DNA of 64,000 nt from Mobula hypostoma (taxonomy: Eukaryota). The notes under the pieces were generated by a model. It did not search any database and was not told the DNA's origin. It saw only the letters and a list, made by a program, of their open reading frames with translations. The translations under genes were made by a program, and so were the position numbers. The stretch is taken from NCBI RefSeq assembly GCF_963921235.1, contig NC_086106.1, forward strand, positions 11,284,001 to 11,348,000, read 5' to 3'. This document shows positions 10,306-22,845 of this stretch, in pieces. Position 1 is the stretch's first letter. Each line of letters starts with the position of its first letter.

Positions 10306-10913
10306 GATGAATGAGGTTGGGAAATGTGACCACCAGTTAGCCTTCGAGCTGCGTCTCACAGGTCAGAGAGCAGAGGTTGGTTTTGGACTCGACAGTCTTG
10401 ACGCTCAGGTCATTCCAGTTTCTTCACTCTCACCTGACAAGACCCTTGGAGACTTTGCACGTTTGCTGAACTTCTGAGATCAATCTCCTGCTTTCCTCCC
10501 ACTCCCCACTTTGCCTTGCTCACTGTATCACCTCCACAGCCTAAATTTGCACTGTGGACATTTGACCGTCTAAAGGGGCGATGTGTGTGTGTGTGTTTTT
10601 ATTTAAGCCTTGCCCCACAGTCATCCTGCTGCGGTGGTCCTGAGACGTCCTCTGCCTTAATGCCCTGGGTACTTCACAGGGGAAACGGGAGTCTGCTGTG
10701 GAGGCTCTCGCCTTTGTCCCGGAAGTGCCAGTCTCTCGTGTTATACAGTCCAAATGAAGTCGCCGAGCACAATGCCTTTGAACTAAGTCTCGCTGTTGGA
10801 AAATGAGTGAAAGTGGGCCACCTGGCAAAAAGAGAAAGAACCGTGTCAGCTAAATGCCTTTTGTGTAGCTTTTGGGTTCTCCTAAGTGACGTGGTGCTGG
10901 AACGGCCCTATAC

Positions 10914-10967
10914 CGGGGGTTCCCAGCCGTTAATGGAGCGCCTGTGGACCCGCATTGGGAACCCCTG
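10914..10967. mobile_element. Tiny hAT-type MITE
   Basis: Ends cgggggttcccagcc...ttgggaacccctg; flanks ccctatac / ctctgtac resemble an 8-bp TSD (6/8 match). Confidence 0.5.
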
Positions 10968-12674
10968 CTCTGTACTGATCATTTTTGATCTGGTCACTCG
11001 TTTTTGTCTACATTGCATTTTCTTTTTTATATACCACTTTGTGCGAGATGTAGGGTGCAATTCTTTCAGTAGCTCAGTTTTTGATCCTTTTCAATACAGG
11101 GGAGGGGTCTGTACCATTCAGTATTTTAGTAATTTTTTTTTAGGGTGTCTTGAATGTTTTCTGATGTATTAAGAGTATGGTCACAGCTTTGCAAAGCTGT
11201 GGTTCTTGTTCTGTTTTATAAGAGATATTAACGTTAAACAGCCATAATTGATGTTTCATAACCGCACTACAGGCACAGTTAAGTATTTTTAGACTTTGTT
11301 TCATGATGGCACATTGTATGGGGCAGAGTTTAGCAGTAATTAAGTTGAATATTTCTATTGGTTGTATATGCCACTTACTTTGTCTTCCTGTGTAAATTTT
11401 TTTTTAGTGGGTGGGTGGTGGGTTCAGATGGAGTGTAAATTTATAATGAAGGCAGCTTGCCTTTCCTGAGCCATTTCCAGAATTTGCTTCTTGCGTGGGG
11501 AAAAGCTGAGCAGCAAATCTGAAAGGCAAGACCAGTGATTCAGCGGATGAACGAGTTCTTCCTTAAAAGGGCTAGGTTTGGGATTAAGAACGCAAGGTCG
11601 GTTCTGCGAGGCAAGGTTTTTTGTGCTGTGGCCTTCAGAAAATCATGAAGCAATAAGTGTTTTGACGCAAAGCGAGGGAAGTGCCTCTGGGTTCTGCCGG
11701 GCTGCATGTCTGCATGCTCCCGGTCACCTATGGGAGAGTTTAACTTATTCTTGTGGCAGCCTTACTATTACTGTTTAGCCCCCCTCCCTCCCCCACCCCG
11801 TGGTGTGTATTCCACGCATTTGAGCAGTACAGTGAGTGGTCACTTTTGGGGAGTGGGAAACTAGGTGTACATTTAAAACTTCTTAATTTTGTTCTGTCAC
11901 TTTATCTATGTTGGGTTTGCACCTGCTATCTTGGGACAACAGTAAATGTGACTTTTAATGAAACTCCTTTCCAGTACTACACTTGCCTGCGCTTCCTGCA
12001 TGGGGACGCTTCACGAAGAGTATTCTGAATCTCAAAAGCCATGCTTTGATCGTGGGATTTTTACCCTTTCACTTGTCAGTAATTGTTTTTGCAATCTTCT
12101 GTACAAGACTTATTTGTGCACGTGTGCTGTCTCCAAACATTTGTAGCCGTTTGCCTTGCTTCTGGAAGCAAAGGAATTGGGCATCAGTGGTGATTCTGTA
12201 CCAGTCACTTGGAATGGTTCTTTATTGATTAACTGTTGCTCTCCCTCTCCAGATTGGCACTGCTGGTAATTGATCCCTGCTTTTGCCTTTGTGCTGAAGT
12301 CACTCAGAGGTTTAGGCATCTATAAACTTTGCCCATAGCTCACCCTCACGGCCACACCAATATTGGAAGCACTGCACTCTTAGCCATTTACTCCGCAAGT
12401 TTACTTTTTGATTTTTCTATTTAAAAAGCGGTTGTTTTAACTGTGAACTAAAATGGGGGCGGGGCACAGTTTCATTGCTTCCTAAGCCAGGCTTTAAAGT
12501 TTTAAAAAATGTAACTAATATTTTCCCCGATTTTAATTGTGCGTTGCTGCAACCCAGAGATCGTAAAGACGTGGACTACCTTGCTAAATGTTGTCCACAT
12601 TTTTAAGGGTTGGATTTAACCATTAGTGACTGTAAGAAATATCAAAAAGAAAGAGGAACCACTAGAAAGCATGC

Positions 12675-12910
12675 CACGGTAGGGTAGTGTCTAGCACAAT
12701 GCTGTTACAGCATCAGAGTTGAACCCCAACACTGTTCCTACATCGTTCCCGTGAGCAGTGTGTTTCCACCAGCTGCTCCAGTTTCCTCCCACAGTCGAGA
12801 GATGAACCTATTAGTCATTGTAAATTGTCCCGTGGTTAGGCTAGGATTGAGTCGGTGGGTCACAGTTCCTCCGACCGGTAGGGCCTGTTCTGTGCTCTAT
12901 CTAAATAAAT
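12675..12910 (+). mobile_element. tRNA-derived SINE (V-SINE/HE1-like), degenerate
   Basis: Box B-like GAGTTGAACCC; body gctccagtttcctcccacagtc; ends ctaaataaat. Confidence 0.55.
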
Positions 12911-15269
12911 TAATAAGTTGCAAGTTTGATTGGTCATTGGTGTCAGTGGGTTGACATTACCTTTCCAGGTTTTTCCTGTGTCCAGTCCAGGTTACACAGA
13001 CTGATCCCTAATCTGTCATTAGGGCCAAGGCAGCTGTGGTTGGCAGGGCCGTCCGATAGCAGGGGTCTGTGGGCTCCAGGTTGGGAGCCCCTGTCCTTGT
13101 AGCACACAGCTGGAGAGGGAGGCTTTTCCATACTGTTTACAATCATGATAAGTTCATATTGCTTGTGGCTACCTTCATTCCATTGTTTTGGTGCTAATTC
13201 CCGTGTGATTTGTAAGCTGCTTTGCTCCCGTGACCGTTCTGTATTCGGTGTGAGACCGAGCAAGTCCTCTAGCTCTGCTCCTCATACCCAGAATGCAAGA
13301 TCAGTGACCGAGGATACCCAGCAATTAAGGACAAACAATGCTTTGTTTTTTCCTATTCCTATATTTTAATTTTTGCCCTTTTCTAGTCCAGGACTTCAGA
13401 AGTCATATTTGTGTTTGCAGAGAAACGGTGCTGTTGGAAGCTGTCAGCTATGGAAAGCGATAAGCAAGTTAATATTTCAAGTGGGTCCATTCATTAACTA
13501 ATCTCTCTTCCCGAGCAGACTGACCTTGTGCATCTCCACATTCCCTATTTTGTTCTGCTTGGTAGAAGCTGACTCCTGTCTGCATGGACTTTAACTTGAG
13601 AATGCAGCTGTCAGTTTGGCAATGTGTTGTCTTTGCTTCGCAATATCAAGGACTGAGAGTCAGATTAATGCTGTTGATCAGTAACAATGAAAGGTCTGCT
13701 GCGATTGTTGGAGAGCCAGTGTTCAAAGCAAAGTCTTGTGCACATCAAGAGACGACAATGTTGTTGAAAATTATGTGAATTTTATTTAATGTGAGTAATT
13801 ATATATTTATGAAAATGTTTAACATGAAGTTTTGCTTCGCAGCAAGTCTTTTAGAATAAGTTGACACATCCTACCTGTAAACAGTTCCACATAAACCCAG
13901 CACAACCCTCAAATGTAGATTTTTTTAATAGTTTTGTTTTAGGGGCGGGCAATGCCATTCTGAATGTCCAGCTCCTCTCCAGACTTCTGCGACATGTGGC
14001 GAATCTTCCTGATTCCACGTACCAATCCTCAGCTGTGCGCTTCCTGGAAAAAGGAGGTACTTCCCTGCCTCCCCTGAGAATAATCCTCAGTTACCAGTGG
14101 GTGCACGCGGAGGCCTGTTGAACTGTTAGCTGTGGCGTTTGGCACAAGTCTGCTGTGTATGGTGCTTGTATTATAAGAACCCCCTCTCCCCGTCCCCTGT
14201 GAGGGCAGGGAATGTGAAGGATTGGGTGACTTTGGGCTCACAAGGTGCTTGCTAGTGAGACTGCTACTAGAACACCTGTTTGGTTTATTGGTTGTGCTGT
14301 GGTTTAAGTTATCAACCAGATTGAGGTGCTGCTCAAATGTCTATGCAATTACTGTCCAATACAAAATGCAGGTATTTACATTTTCTTAAATAAAACTTTT
14401 AAAACAAAATTGAACGTGCTCGTGTTTTTTTTTAAACTTAATTATTGTCCGTGTCATAATTTTGATGTTTTTGCAGCAGCAGATTTGCTTCAGCCTTTGG
14501 TGGTGGACTCCTGTTGGAATTGAAACTAGATCGGCTTTAACACGGCACTTTCAGCTTTGCAAAATGTTCATGCCTGATTCTGTGTGGTCCCTGTCGCAAT
14601 ATAGGAGACGTCAGTCAATTTCCACAAACCACAGTTAGGGGGTTGATGGCCAGGCCAGTTTTGCATAGCACCTTGTTTAGGAGGTAGCCATTTAACTAAA
14701 GCATCAATAACAACTTGCTGGTTCAGTAGTAACACAGAATTTTTCATGTCTGTTTATGGTCTCTCAGTTTCAGAATAACCTGCTTGAGCCCAGATCTGCA
14801 ATTGCATCAGCTTCTAATGCTGGTAATAGGGCACAGCCGATGCAGACAATGGGGTTTCCTTAACTTCATGCAGTGGCGTGTCACAGATTAGCCCAGTGGT
14901 GCAGCCCCAGTGACCCAGGCTGCACCCTGACCTCTGCGACTAACTGAAAAGTTTGCATGTTCTCCCAGGTTCGCACCCCCTTCAGCAACCTGAACTGACA
15001 TCCACCTCTGTTTTGGTCACTTCAAATGATCCACAACTTCAATGGAACTTTTTTTTTGGAGGTAGAGGATGAGTTCCAAATGTCCACCACCCTCTGTGTT
15101 AAGAGGACAACCTGGTTCTGTGCACTACTGCCTGGAGAAAGTAATTTCCTGCAAAATACTGCAGGCGATAGGAATCTGAATATTGGATGAGCAGGAGAGA
15201 GAGGAAAGTAAACAATAGTTCAGGCCATTTGTTGTTGCATCCACCAGGGTGCAATGAAATTCCATTAGA

Positions 15270-15800
15270 CATAGCATAACTGGCCTATTCAGCCCATCGA
15301 GTCTGGTCTGTCCATGGCGAAATTACTATCCCTCTTAACTTCATTCCACTGGCTTCCTGTTACTGTTGATGTCCTCTGACTAATCGAGAACAGATCAACT
15401 TTAAAGAGACCTGGCATTCACAGCCACCCGTGGCAACAAATTCCACCGATTCACCAAAGAAAGTCATCCTCATGTGTGTTCTAAATGGACATCCCTATTC
15501 CGCCCCTGGACACGCCTACCATAAGAAACACTCTCCTCTCAATCCCAGTCTCCTGCTTTCTCTCTGAAACCTTTAACAGCCTTACTAATCAAGAACCTAT
15601 CAACCTCCACTTTAATTAGAATCAATAACTTCCCTATGGGAATGAATTACACAGGTTACAATGAATTACCACCATCTTGCAAAAGAAGTTCCTCATGTCT
15701 GTCCTAAAGGGATGTCCTCTTATGATGCTGTGCAGACTGGTTCTAACCCCCCCCCCCATAGGAAACATCATCTCCACGTCCACTCACTATTCGATAGGGT
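15270..15800 (-). mobile_element. CR1-like LINE 3' fragments
   Basis: Reverse complement of the CR1 3' region (aattccaccgattcacc; ctattcagcccatcgag). Confidence 0.6.
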
Positions 15801-16264
15801 TGTTATTCACATAAGGAGCCATGCGTAAAATTACATAAATACAACGATAAACGCAATAGCAAGCCAATGGTGCAGAGGAAGGGAGCGTGTTGCGGGCGAT
15901 GGGGGTCCTTAACGCTGGATGCTGTCTTATTGCTGCATCACCTTTTGAAGGTGTCCTGGGTGGCGGGGAGATTCGTGCCCGGGATGGAGCCGAGTTTACA
16001 ACTTACTGCGCGCGTTGCAATATACTGCTTACCGCAAAACAACAAAATGTCACGGCGTATGCCAGTGATACCGAACATTCTGATTCTGCAGTTGAGTTCA
16101 ATGGCGGGGAGGGCTTTATCTGTGACGGACCGGGCTGTTCTGCTTAGACCATTGGCGCACCAGGCCGTAATGCAGCCCAGTCAGTGTACTCCCCACTGCG
16201 CACCTATAGAAGTTTGTCAAAACATGCCAAAACCTTCGCAGATTTCTCGACCGGTAGAATAGTA

Positions 16265-16700
16265 AGCACGAAAAAGTCCGCAGGCGCTGGAAATCCAGAG
16301 CAACACACACACACAATGCTGGAGGAACTCAGCAGGCCAGGCAGCCTCTATGGAAATGAATAAACAGTCGGCGTTTTGGGCTGAGACTCTTCTTCAGAAC
16401 TGAAAATAAAGAGGGAAGGCACCAGATTAAAAAGGTGGAGAGCGAGGAAGATTAGCTAGAAGACGATAGATGAAGCCAGGTAGGTGGGAAAGATAAAGGG
16501 CTGGATACAAAAAGGAATCTGATAGGAGAGGAGAGTGGACTCCAGGTGGAGGGAACCGGGGGAGATGAGACACAGGTGAGAAGAGGTAAGAGGCCGGAAT
16601 GGGGAATAGAAGAAGAGGGGAGGGGGGGTGTGATTTTTTTTTCCCGGAAGCAGACATCGACATTCATGCCATCAGGTTGGAGGCTACCCAGATGGAATAC
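16265..16700 (-). mobile_element. Penelope-like 3' fragment
   Basis: Homologous to 22846-23300, including atgccatcaggttggaggctacccagatggaata. Confidence 0.7.
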
Positions 16701-17479
16701 GTTCCCGACCTCTTGCTCAGTCCGGCCAAGTCACATTAAAACCTCTTCACCATTCATAGCCCCATCGGACGATCTGGGAGGGGGGGATCTCAGCGGGCCG
16801 AGCAGCCTCCGTGGGTGGAAAAACCACAGGTGCGAAGTGTGGAGCGGGGAGGAGGCAGGAATCGTGACAGGTGGATCGGGGAGCGATGAAGGATCGTGGG
16901 GTGGAACTGAGAGAGGAGCAGGTGGACGGAGCGGGGGGGGGGGTGGGGTGGGCTGGGGGCAAGAAGCGGGGGCACAGGGGAATCCCATAACCATGGAAGG
17001 TGGTAATGGGGACTATTAAGTGATTACTGAATCCAAACCGGCGCCAGAACCAGGTGGGGGAGGAGTGGATAGATGGAACGCGAAAGGGGGACGAAATGGG
17101 TACCTCAGTCCTCTTTATCGACCCGAAACATTAACAATTCCTTCCAGCCAGCCCCCCACCCCCGAGCCGCTGAGTTCCTCCAGCATATCCTGTGTGCTCC
17201 TCTAGAGGTTTGCGGCTCCAGATTCCAGCAGCTGGCGTCCCTTGTGCCTCCGGTTTGCTGTCGGTGGCAAACCTCGAGAAATTATATTCTTTTCCCTTAT
17301 CCAGACCACCAAAGACCCGCTGAGGCCTCGCGGGTATCGCCTACCACCCTGAAATAGAGCAGTTTCCTGCTCTCTGCTTCATGGGATTTATGCAAAAAAA
17401 AAATCACCAATGCACGATTCCAAATGAAAAATGGTTGTATTTACTGCAATTATTACAAAGCTATTTGCGAGGCTTGCTG

Positions 17480-17751
17480 TGCGCCAATCGGACGTTAAAG
17501 GGAGGTTCATCTATCTGAATGCAATCTCTATTTTTCTGGACCTCTGGGTGCCGAGACCTCACCTCCTACAGACCAGCCCGCACTCGTGTGCGCAGGCGCT
17601 AGCTGGGGGGAGGGGGCGGGGCATCGAAACGCCCTCGCCCCGCCCACTCGGTCAAGTTGCCCGGCAACTAGATCCGGGTCCGCGATCGGAAGCAGCTGAC
17701 ACCCACGAGCGAGACTGACAGCGAAAGGTTACAATGTAGCGCGTCGGCTGG
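17480..17751 (+). promoter_or_regulatory. CpG-island promoter and probable non-coding first exon (likely SERTAD1-like)
   Basis: CCAAT 17484; NRF1-like TGCGCAGGCGC 17589-17599; GC box 17612-17621; palindromic RFX X-box GTTGCCCGGCAAC 17656-17668; consensus donor G|GTAAGT at 17752. Confidence 0.6.
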
Positions 17752-18909
17752 GTAAGTTACAAAGTATCAATTTCACGAGTTTTTCCACAGTGGATACTTT
17801 TTTTTTGTGGCCGCTGGCCAGTTCTCGTCCCACGTGAGACTCGAGGCAGGAGGGTCATTTTTTAAAGTTACCAAATTCCGAAAGTTGATTTCGCTCACTT
17901 GGTTGGGTCCTGGCTCGAAATGAAGTTGCCTGAAATCTCTAGGCTTAGTTGGGAGTGCTCCAGTCATTTTTTTTTAACAAAACGAGTATAAAAGTGAGGA
18001 AAAGGCGCGCGCGGGCGGGGGAGAGCGAGAGGGAAGAGGCGGCGAGAGATGCGTGTGTATTCGTGATTCATCGCCTGGGAGGAGAGAGCGCCTTCGGGAT
18101 CGTGACGAATCGAGCAGAGAGTCAGCCACGACCCGCTTCCCTCCTCTACACTTTAGCTCCTTTTTTTTTGGGAAGATGGCCAAAAACAAAAAAAAAAGTT
18201 TGCGAAAGGTTTTGGGAGTTCGGCTTTGGTAATAAAAGTTAAGAGGGTGAGACTGAACTGTCCAGGTTGGGTTCCCGAAAGGAGAGGTCTCGGCTTTGGG
18301 AGGAGCAAGGGTGGATGGAGGGGCGGGGACGGTAGTTGGATTACTCAGACTTGACGCGGCAAAGACAAGTTCAGTTGTTGAATTTAGCAATCCTTGCCTC
18401 CCTCTCCTGTGGGAATCAATAGCCCCCGACTCTCCTTTACCCACACGGCCCCTTCCCGTACGACTCTCTCCAACCACCGTCCTCCCCAGTCCGGAGACAC
18501 TTGCAATTTCCTAGGTACTCCCCTCCCTTCCTTCCCCTCATCCGGTGACTCCCTTCCTTCCCCACAGCCCCCACCCGTTCCCTCTATCCTCTGTCCGGTG
18601 GCTGGCTGGTCGTCAGTTCTCCCGTCTGATTCCTAGCCCCGCCGCCTCCTCACATTCTCATCTTCCCCCATCCCTCCATTCTTCCCCTTTCACGCTTGTT
18701 TCACCCGTGAAGTCAAAGTGAAACAGAAATGAAGTCAGTCACGGGAGGCAGTGACTGAACTCCACGGAGCAACACAAACCAAGTGACACCACATCCACTA
18801 CAATCCGGGGGGGGGGGGGCGGGGGCGATTAGTTCCCGAACGTCCAGTGGGCCGCGGAATCAAGGATCATTACCGGCATACTTCGTGAAATTTGTGTTTG
18901 TGGCAGAGG

Positions 18910-19555
18910 TAAAATGCAAAGGGATTTGGGAGGCCTCGTGCAGGATTCCCGAAAGGTCAATTTGCAGGTTGAGTCGGTGGTGAGGAAGGCGAATGCAATG
19001 TTGGCATTCATTTCGCGAGGACCAGAATATGAACGCCTGGATGTTCAAAGCACTGGTGAGGCTTCACCTTGGAGTATTGGGAGCAGGACTGACCACAAAA
19101 TGTTGGAGCAGAATCAGGCCATTTGACCCATCGAGTCTGCTGCCATTTCACCCTGGCTGATCCATTTCCCTCTCAGCCCCATTCTCCTGCCTTCTCCCTG
19201 TAACCTTTAACGCCCTGACCGATCAAGAACCCATCAACCTCTGCCTGAAGTATGCCCAGTGACCCGTCCTCCACAACCGCCAGTGGCAATGAATTCCACA
19301 GATTCACTACCCTCTGGCCAAAGAAACTCCTCCTCATCTGTCCTAAAAGGACACCCCTCTATTTTAGACCCACCCCCACCAAAGGAAACATCCTCTCCGC
19401 ATCCACTCTATTGAGGCCTTTCATAGGTTTCAGTAAAGTCGCCCCTCATTCAGCGATTAGAGGCACAGAGCTGTCAACCTCTGCTCCCACGATAACCCTT
19501 CATTCCCGGAATCATTCTCCTGAACCCTCTCCAATGTCAGCACGTTCTTCTCTTT
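18910..19555. mobile_element. Two CR1-like fragments in opposite orientation
   Basis: QRDLGGLVQ...KANAMLAFISRG on + (18914-19085); CR1 3' end on - (19100-19550). Confidence 0.7.
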
Positions 19556-20294
19556 TTTAAAAAAAAACTATGGATTACAATTGAAGATTTAAGTACATTT
19601 ATTAATACAGTACGTATACAGGGCATACCTCTGAGATCCGTCCTCCCACAGGCAGCCATGAAACAAAGAAACACTAAGAGACCCGTTCAAGAAACGTCAA
19701 AGGCCTAAAGCGGGGAAAAAAGAACGAATTGCACCATCAGCAAAGAGTGTGCGAACAACACATTGGATATCAAACGTCAGACTGGTAGTTTGGTGCCACA
19801 CCACCAGCCAATGCAGGCCGTTGGGGGCATTCTCCGCCGAAGCGCCCTAGTCTGCCTCGATCGCCCTGATCGAACCGCTCATATAGTGTAAAAGGAGAGC
19901 AGAATCTAGGGAAGCAGGTCTCATGGGCTGGTTCATTGTCCCTTCAGAAATCTAATGGTGGATTGAGCCTGTGGTCACTGGGGGTGTAATGACATCCAAT
20001 GCAGGGCAGTGTCTGGTCAATGAAATTACACAGAGGTCTGCCAGCAGCAACGTGGACTGGAACTTCCGGGGAGAATGAGGTGCAAGAAACCTGGCGGTGT
20101 GCGGAAAGATCTGGTGATGTTGGGTTCTTGGCTCTGTGATTGGTGAGGCTGGGGGTGGGGCGGGGTGAGGTCAAAATGAACCAATAAAGGTCAGACTTGG
20201 CACTGTGATTGGTGAGACTGGGGGGAGGGAAGGGTCTGTGGGGTCATTATGGACATCAGACTTGGCACTGCAATTGGTGAAGCTGGTGCTGGGC

Positions 20295-20620
20295 CTTTCC
20301 ATAACCACGATTGTTCTTGGCAAAATTTTTCTACAGAAGTAGTTTGCCATTGCTTTCTTCTGGGCAGTGTCTTTACAAGGCGGGTGACCCCGACAATTAT
20401 CAATACCCTCCAGAGATTGTCTCCCTGGCGTCAGTGGTCGCATAACCAGGACTTGTGACCTGCATCGGCTGCTCATACAACCATCCACCACCTTCTCCCA
20501 TGGCTTCACATGACCCTGATCGGGCGGCTAAGCTGGTGCTAAGGGTGACCTGCAGGCTAGCGGAGGTAAGGGGTGTCTTACACCTCCTTTGGTAGAGAGT
20601 TATCTCCACCCTGCCAACCA
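20295..20620 (-). repeat. Unclassified ~320-bp interspersed repeat (SINE-like, possibly RTE-tailed)
   Basis: Near reverse-complement copy at ~24470-24800 (ggcaatggcaaac...aaattttgccaagaacaatc). Confidence 0.6.
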
Positions 20621-21479
20621 GATCAGGGAGCGGGGTGATTTGGATTTGGGGGTAAGGAGGAATATGGTGTTGGGAGAGGATCAGAGCTGGAACCATTGTC
20701 ATTATAACCAGTGATTTGAACAGGGACAGTTAACGCCATACTGATCTGTGCAGGTTATTAGGCGCGGGGGGGGTGAGGGGCAGTTGGGTTCTGGTGGACG
20801 TGTGGGAGGAGCTACTGCAGAGGGACGAGCGCAGTTTAAGGATAGAGTGAGGAGTTCAGGTTTATCCTCATTCCACCATGGGCAGCCCTTCTGTTACACG
20901 TCCAGGATGGGGAGGGACGGGAGAGAGATCTCCCGACCATTCTCTCAGCAGTTGTCACGATCCGTGGCAGGGTCTTGCGGTCCGATGCCTCGCAATTCTC
21001 ATACCGGACGGTGATATAACTGCTCAGGACACTCTCAACGTGGTTGGAGTGGTGGGAGGGAGGGGGAAGGTCCTAACTCCCCTCAATCTCCTCGGGAAGT
21101 GGAGACGCTGCTGTGCTTTCTTGACCAAAGAGGTGGTGTTGAGGGTCCAGGTGAGATCGTCCATGACGTTCACTCCAAGAAATTCGGTGCTCCGGAAACT
21201 TGCAGAAAGTGGGGGCAAAGCAATTCATATTTGCTCGCGTTGTGGAAGGAGGCCATTCAGCCCCTCATGAGTATGCCCACTCTCGGTGCAATCCCAGCAG
21301 TTCCTTTGCCCCAGTTATTTCATTGCAACTACTCTTTCATTTCCCACCCCTTTAAGATTCTAAAATCCCTCACTCAGTAACAATTTAACCCACCGACCAC
21401 ATGTCATTTGGATGTTTAAAGGCATGGCTGTGTTTAGTTTACGCATCACCACCCCCCCCCCGCCCAATTCATCTACTAA

Positions 21480-21645
21480 TCCGTATGCCCCTTTTTGGAC
21501 TGTGGGAGGAAACTGGAGCTCCCAGAGGAAACCCACGCGGGTCGTGGGGTGAACATACAAATTTCTTACGGGCAGTGACAGGAATTGAACCGGGGTCACT
21601 GGTGCTGTAATGGTGTTGCTCCGTGCTACTGTGCCATCCTGTGAG
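21480..21645 (-). mobile_element. tRNA-derived SINE (V-SINE/HE1-like)
   Basis: Reverse complement of the SINE at 7893 and 54415. Confidence 0.55.
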
Positions 21646-22845
21646 CCCCCTCCCCGTGGGATCGTACACTTGGGGTGGAAGGTCAAAGGTTGCAGAACGT
21701 AGAATGTGGGGGCTTCATACGAACCAGGAAAGTTGTAGTGGCGTATCTTGTGGTATGTGTCAATGAACTTATCTCATCTAACACATGGATACTTTATTGA
21801 TCCCAAAGGAAATTGCAGAGTCACAGTAGCATTACAAGTGCATGGATGAACAAATATCAGAAAAGAAGTAAGAAAGAAGTTTAAAAAAGGTTACCTCAAA
21901 CAGTCTGATGGGGTGGGGGGGGGTCATCACTTCCCCAGCTATAGGTTGACTCATTATGGAGCCTAATGGCCGAGGGTAATAATGACCTCATATAGAGCTC
22001 TTTGGAACAGTGCAGTTGTCTTCGTCTATTACTAAAATTGCTCCTCTGTTCAGCCAAGGTGGCATGCAGAGGGTGAGAAACATTGTCCAGAATTGCCAGG
22101 ATTTTCCGTAGGGTCCTTTGTTCTACCACAGCCTCCAGTGTGTCCAGTTTGACTCCTATAACAGAGCCAGGCTTTCCAATCAGTTTATTGAGCCTGTTGG
22201 CATCACCCGTGTTGATGCCATTGCCCCAGCACACCACCGCATAGAAGATTGTACTGGCGACAACAGACTGGTAGAACATGCGAAGGAGAGGCCTGCATTC
22301 TCCAAAGGACCTCAGTCTCCTCAGGAAGTAGAGGCAACTCTGGCCCTTCTTGTACACAGCCTCTGTGTTGGTGTTCTACCCAAGTTTGTCATCCAGGTGC
22401 ACCCCCAGGTACCTGTAGGTCCTCACCACATCCACGTCCTCACCATCAACAGTAAAAGGGATCAATGCAGGCTTAGTCTTCCTGAAGTCCATGACCATCT
22501 CCTTTTCTCTTATTGATGCTGAGCTGCAGATGATTCAGCTTGCACCATTTGACAAAGTCCTCCCCCAGGGCCCTGTATTCATCCTCCCATCCTCCCTTTA
22601 TACACCCAACTGTTGCTGAGTCACCAGAGAATTTCTGCAGAAGACATGACTCAGTGTTGTACCTGAAGTCCGAGATATACAGGGTAAACAGGAAAGGGAC
22701 ACAAACTGCGGCCTGCCAGTCAGGTAGTCCATTACCCAGGATACAATGGAAGTGTCAGCCTGCATTGAACAGAACTTTTCCGTCAGTGATGAGGGCTGTA
22801 TGGTATTGAAGGCACTTGAGAAATCAAAACAATAGATCCTCACAG

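Larger units (their letters stand above)
9423..14420 (+). other. Putative long 3' UTR of SERTAD3-like gene
   Basis: About 5 kb of U-rich sequence almost free of LINEs, in contrast to its surroundings, ending at AATAAA 14389-14394 followed by GT/T-rich sequence. Confidence 0.45.

Noticed and set aside
9936-10359. ORFs spanning N runs (also at ~42.7 kb and ~49.4 kb)
   Set aside because: Artefacts of assembly gaps.
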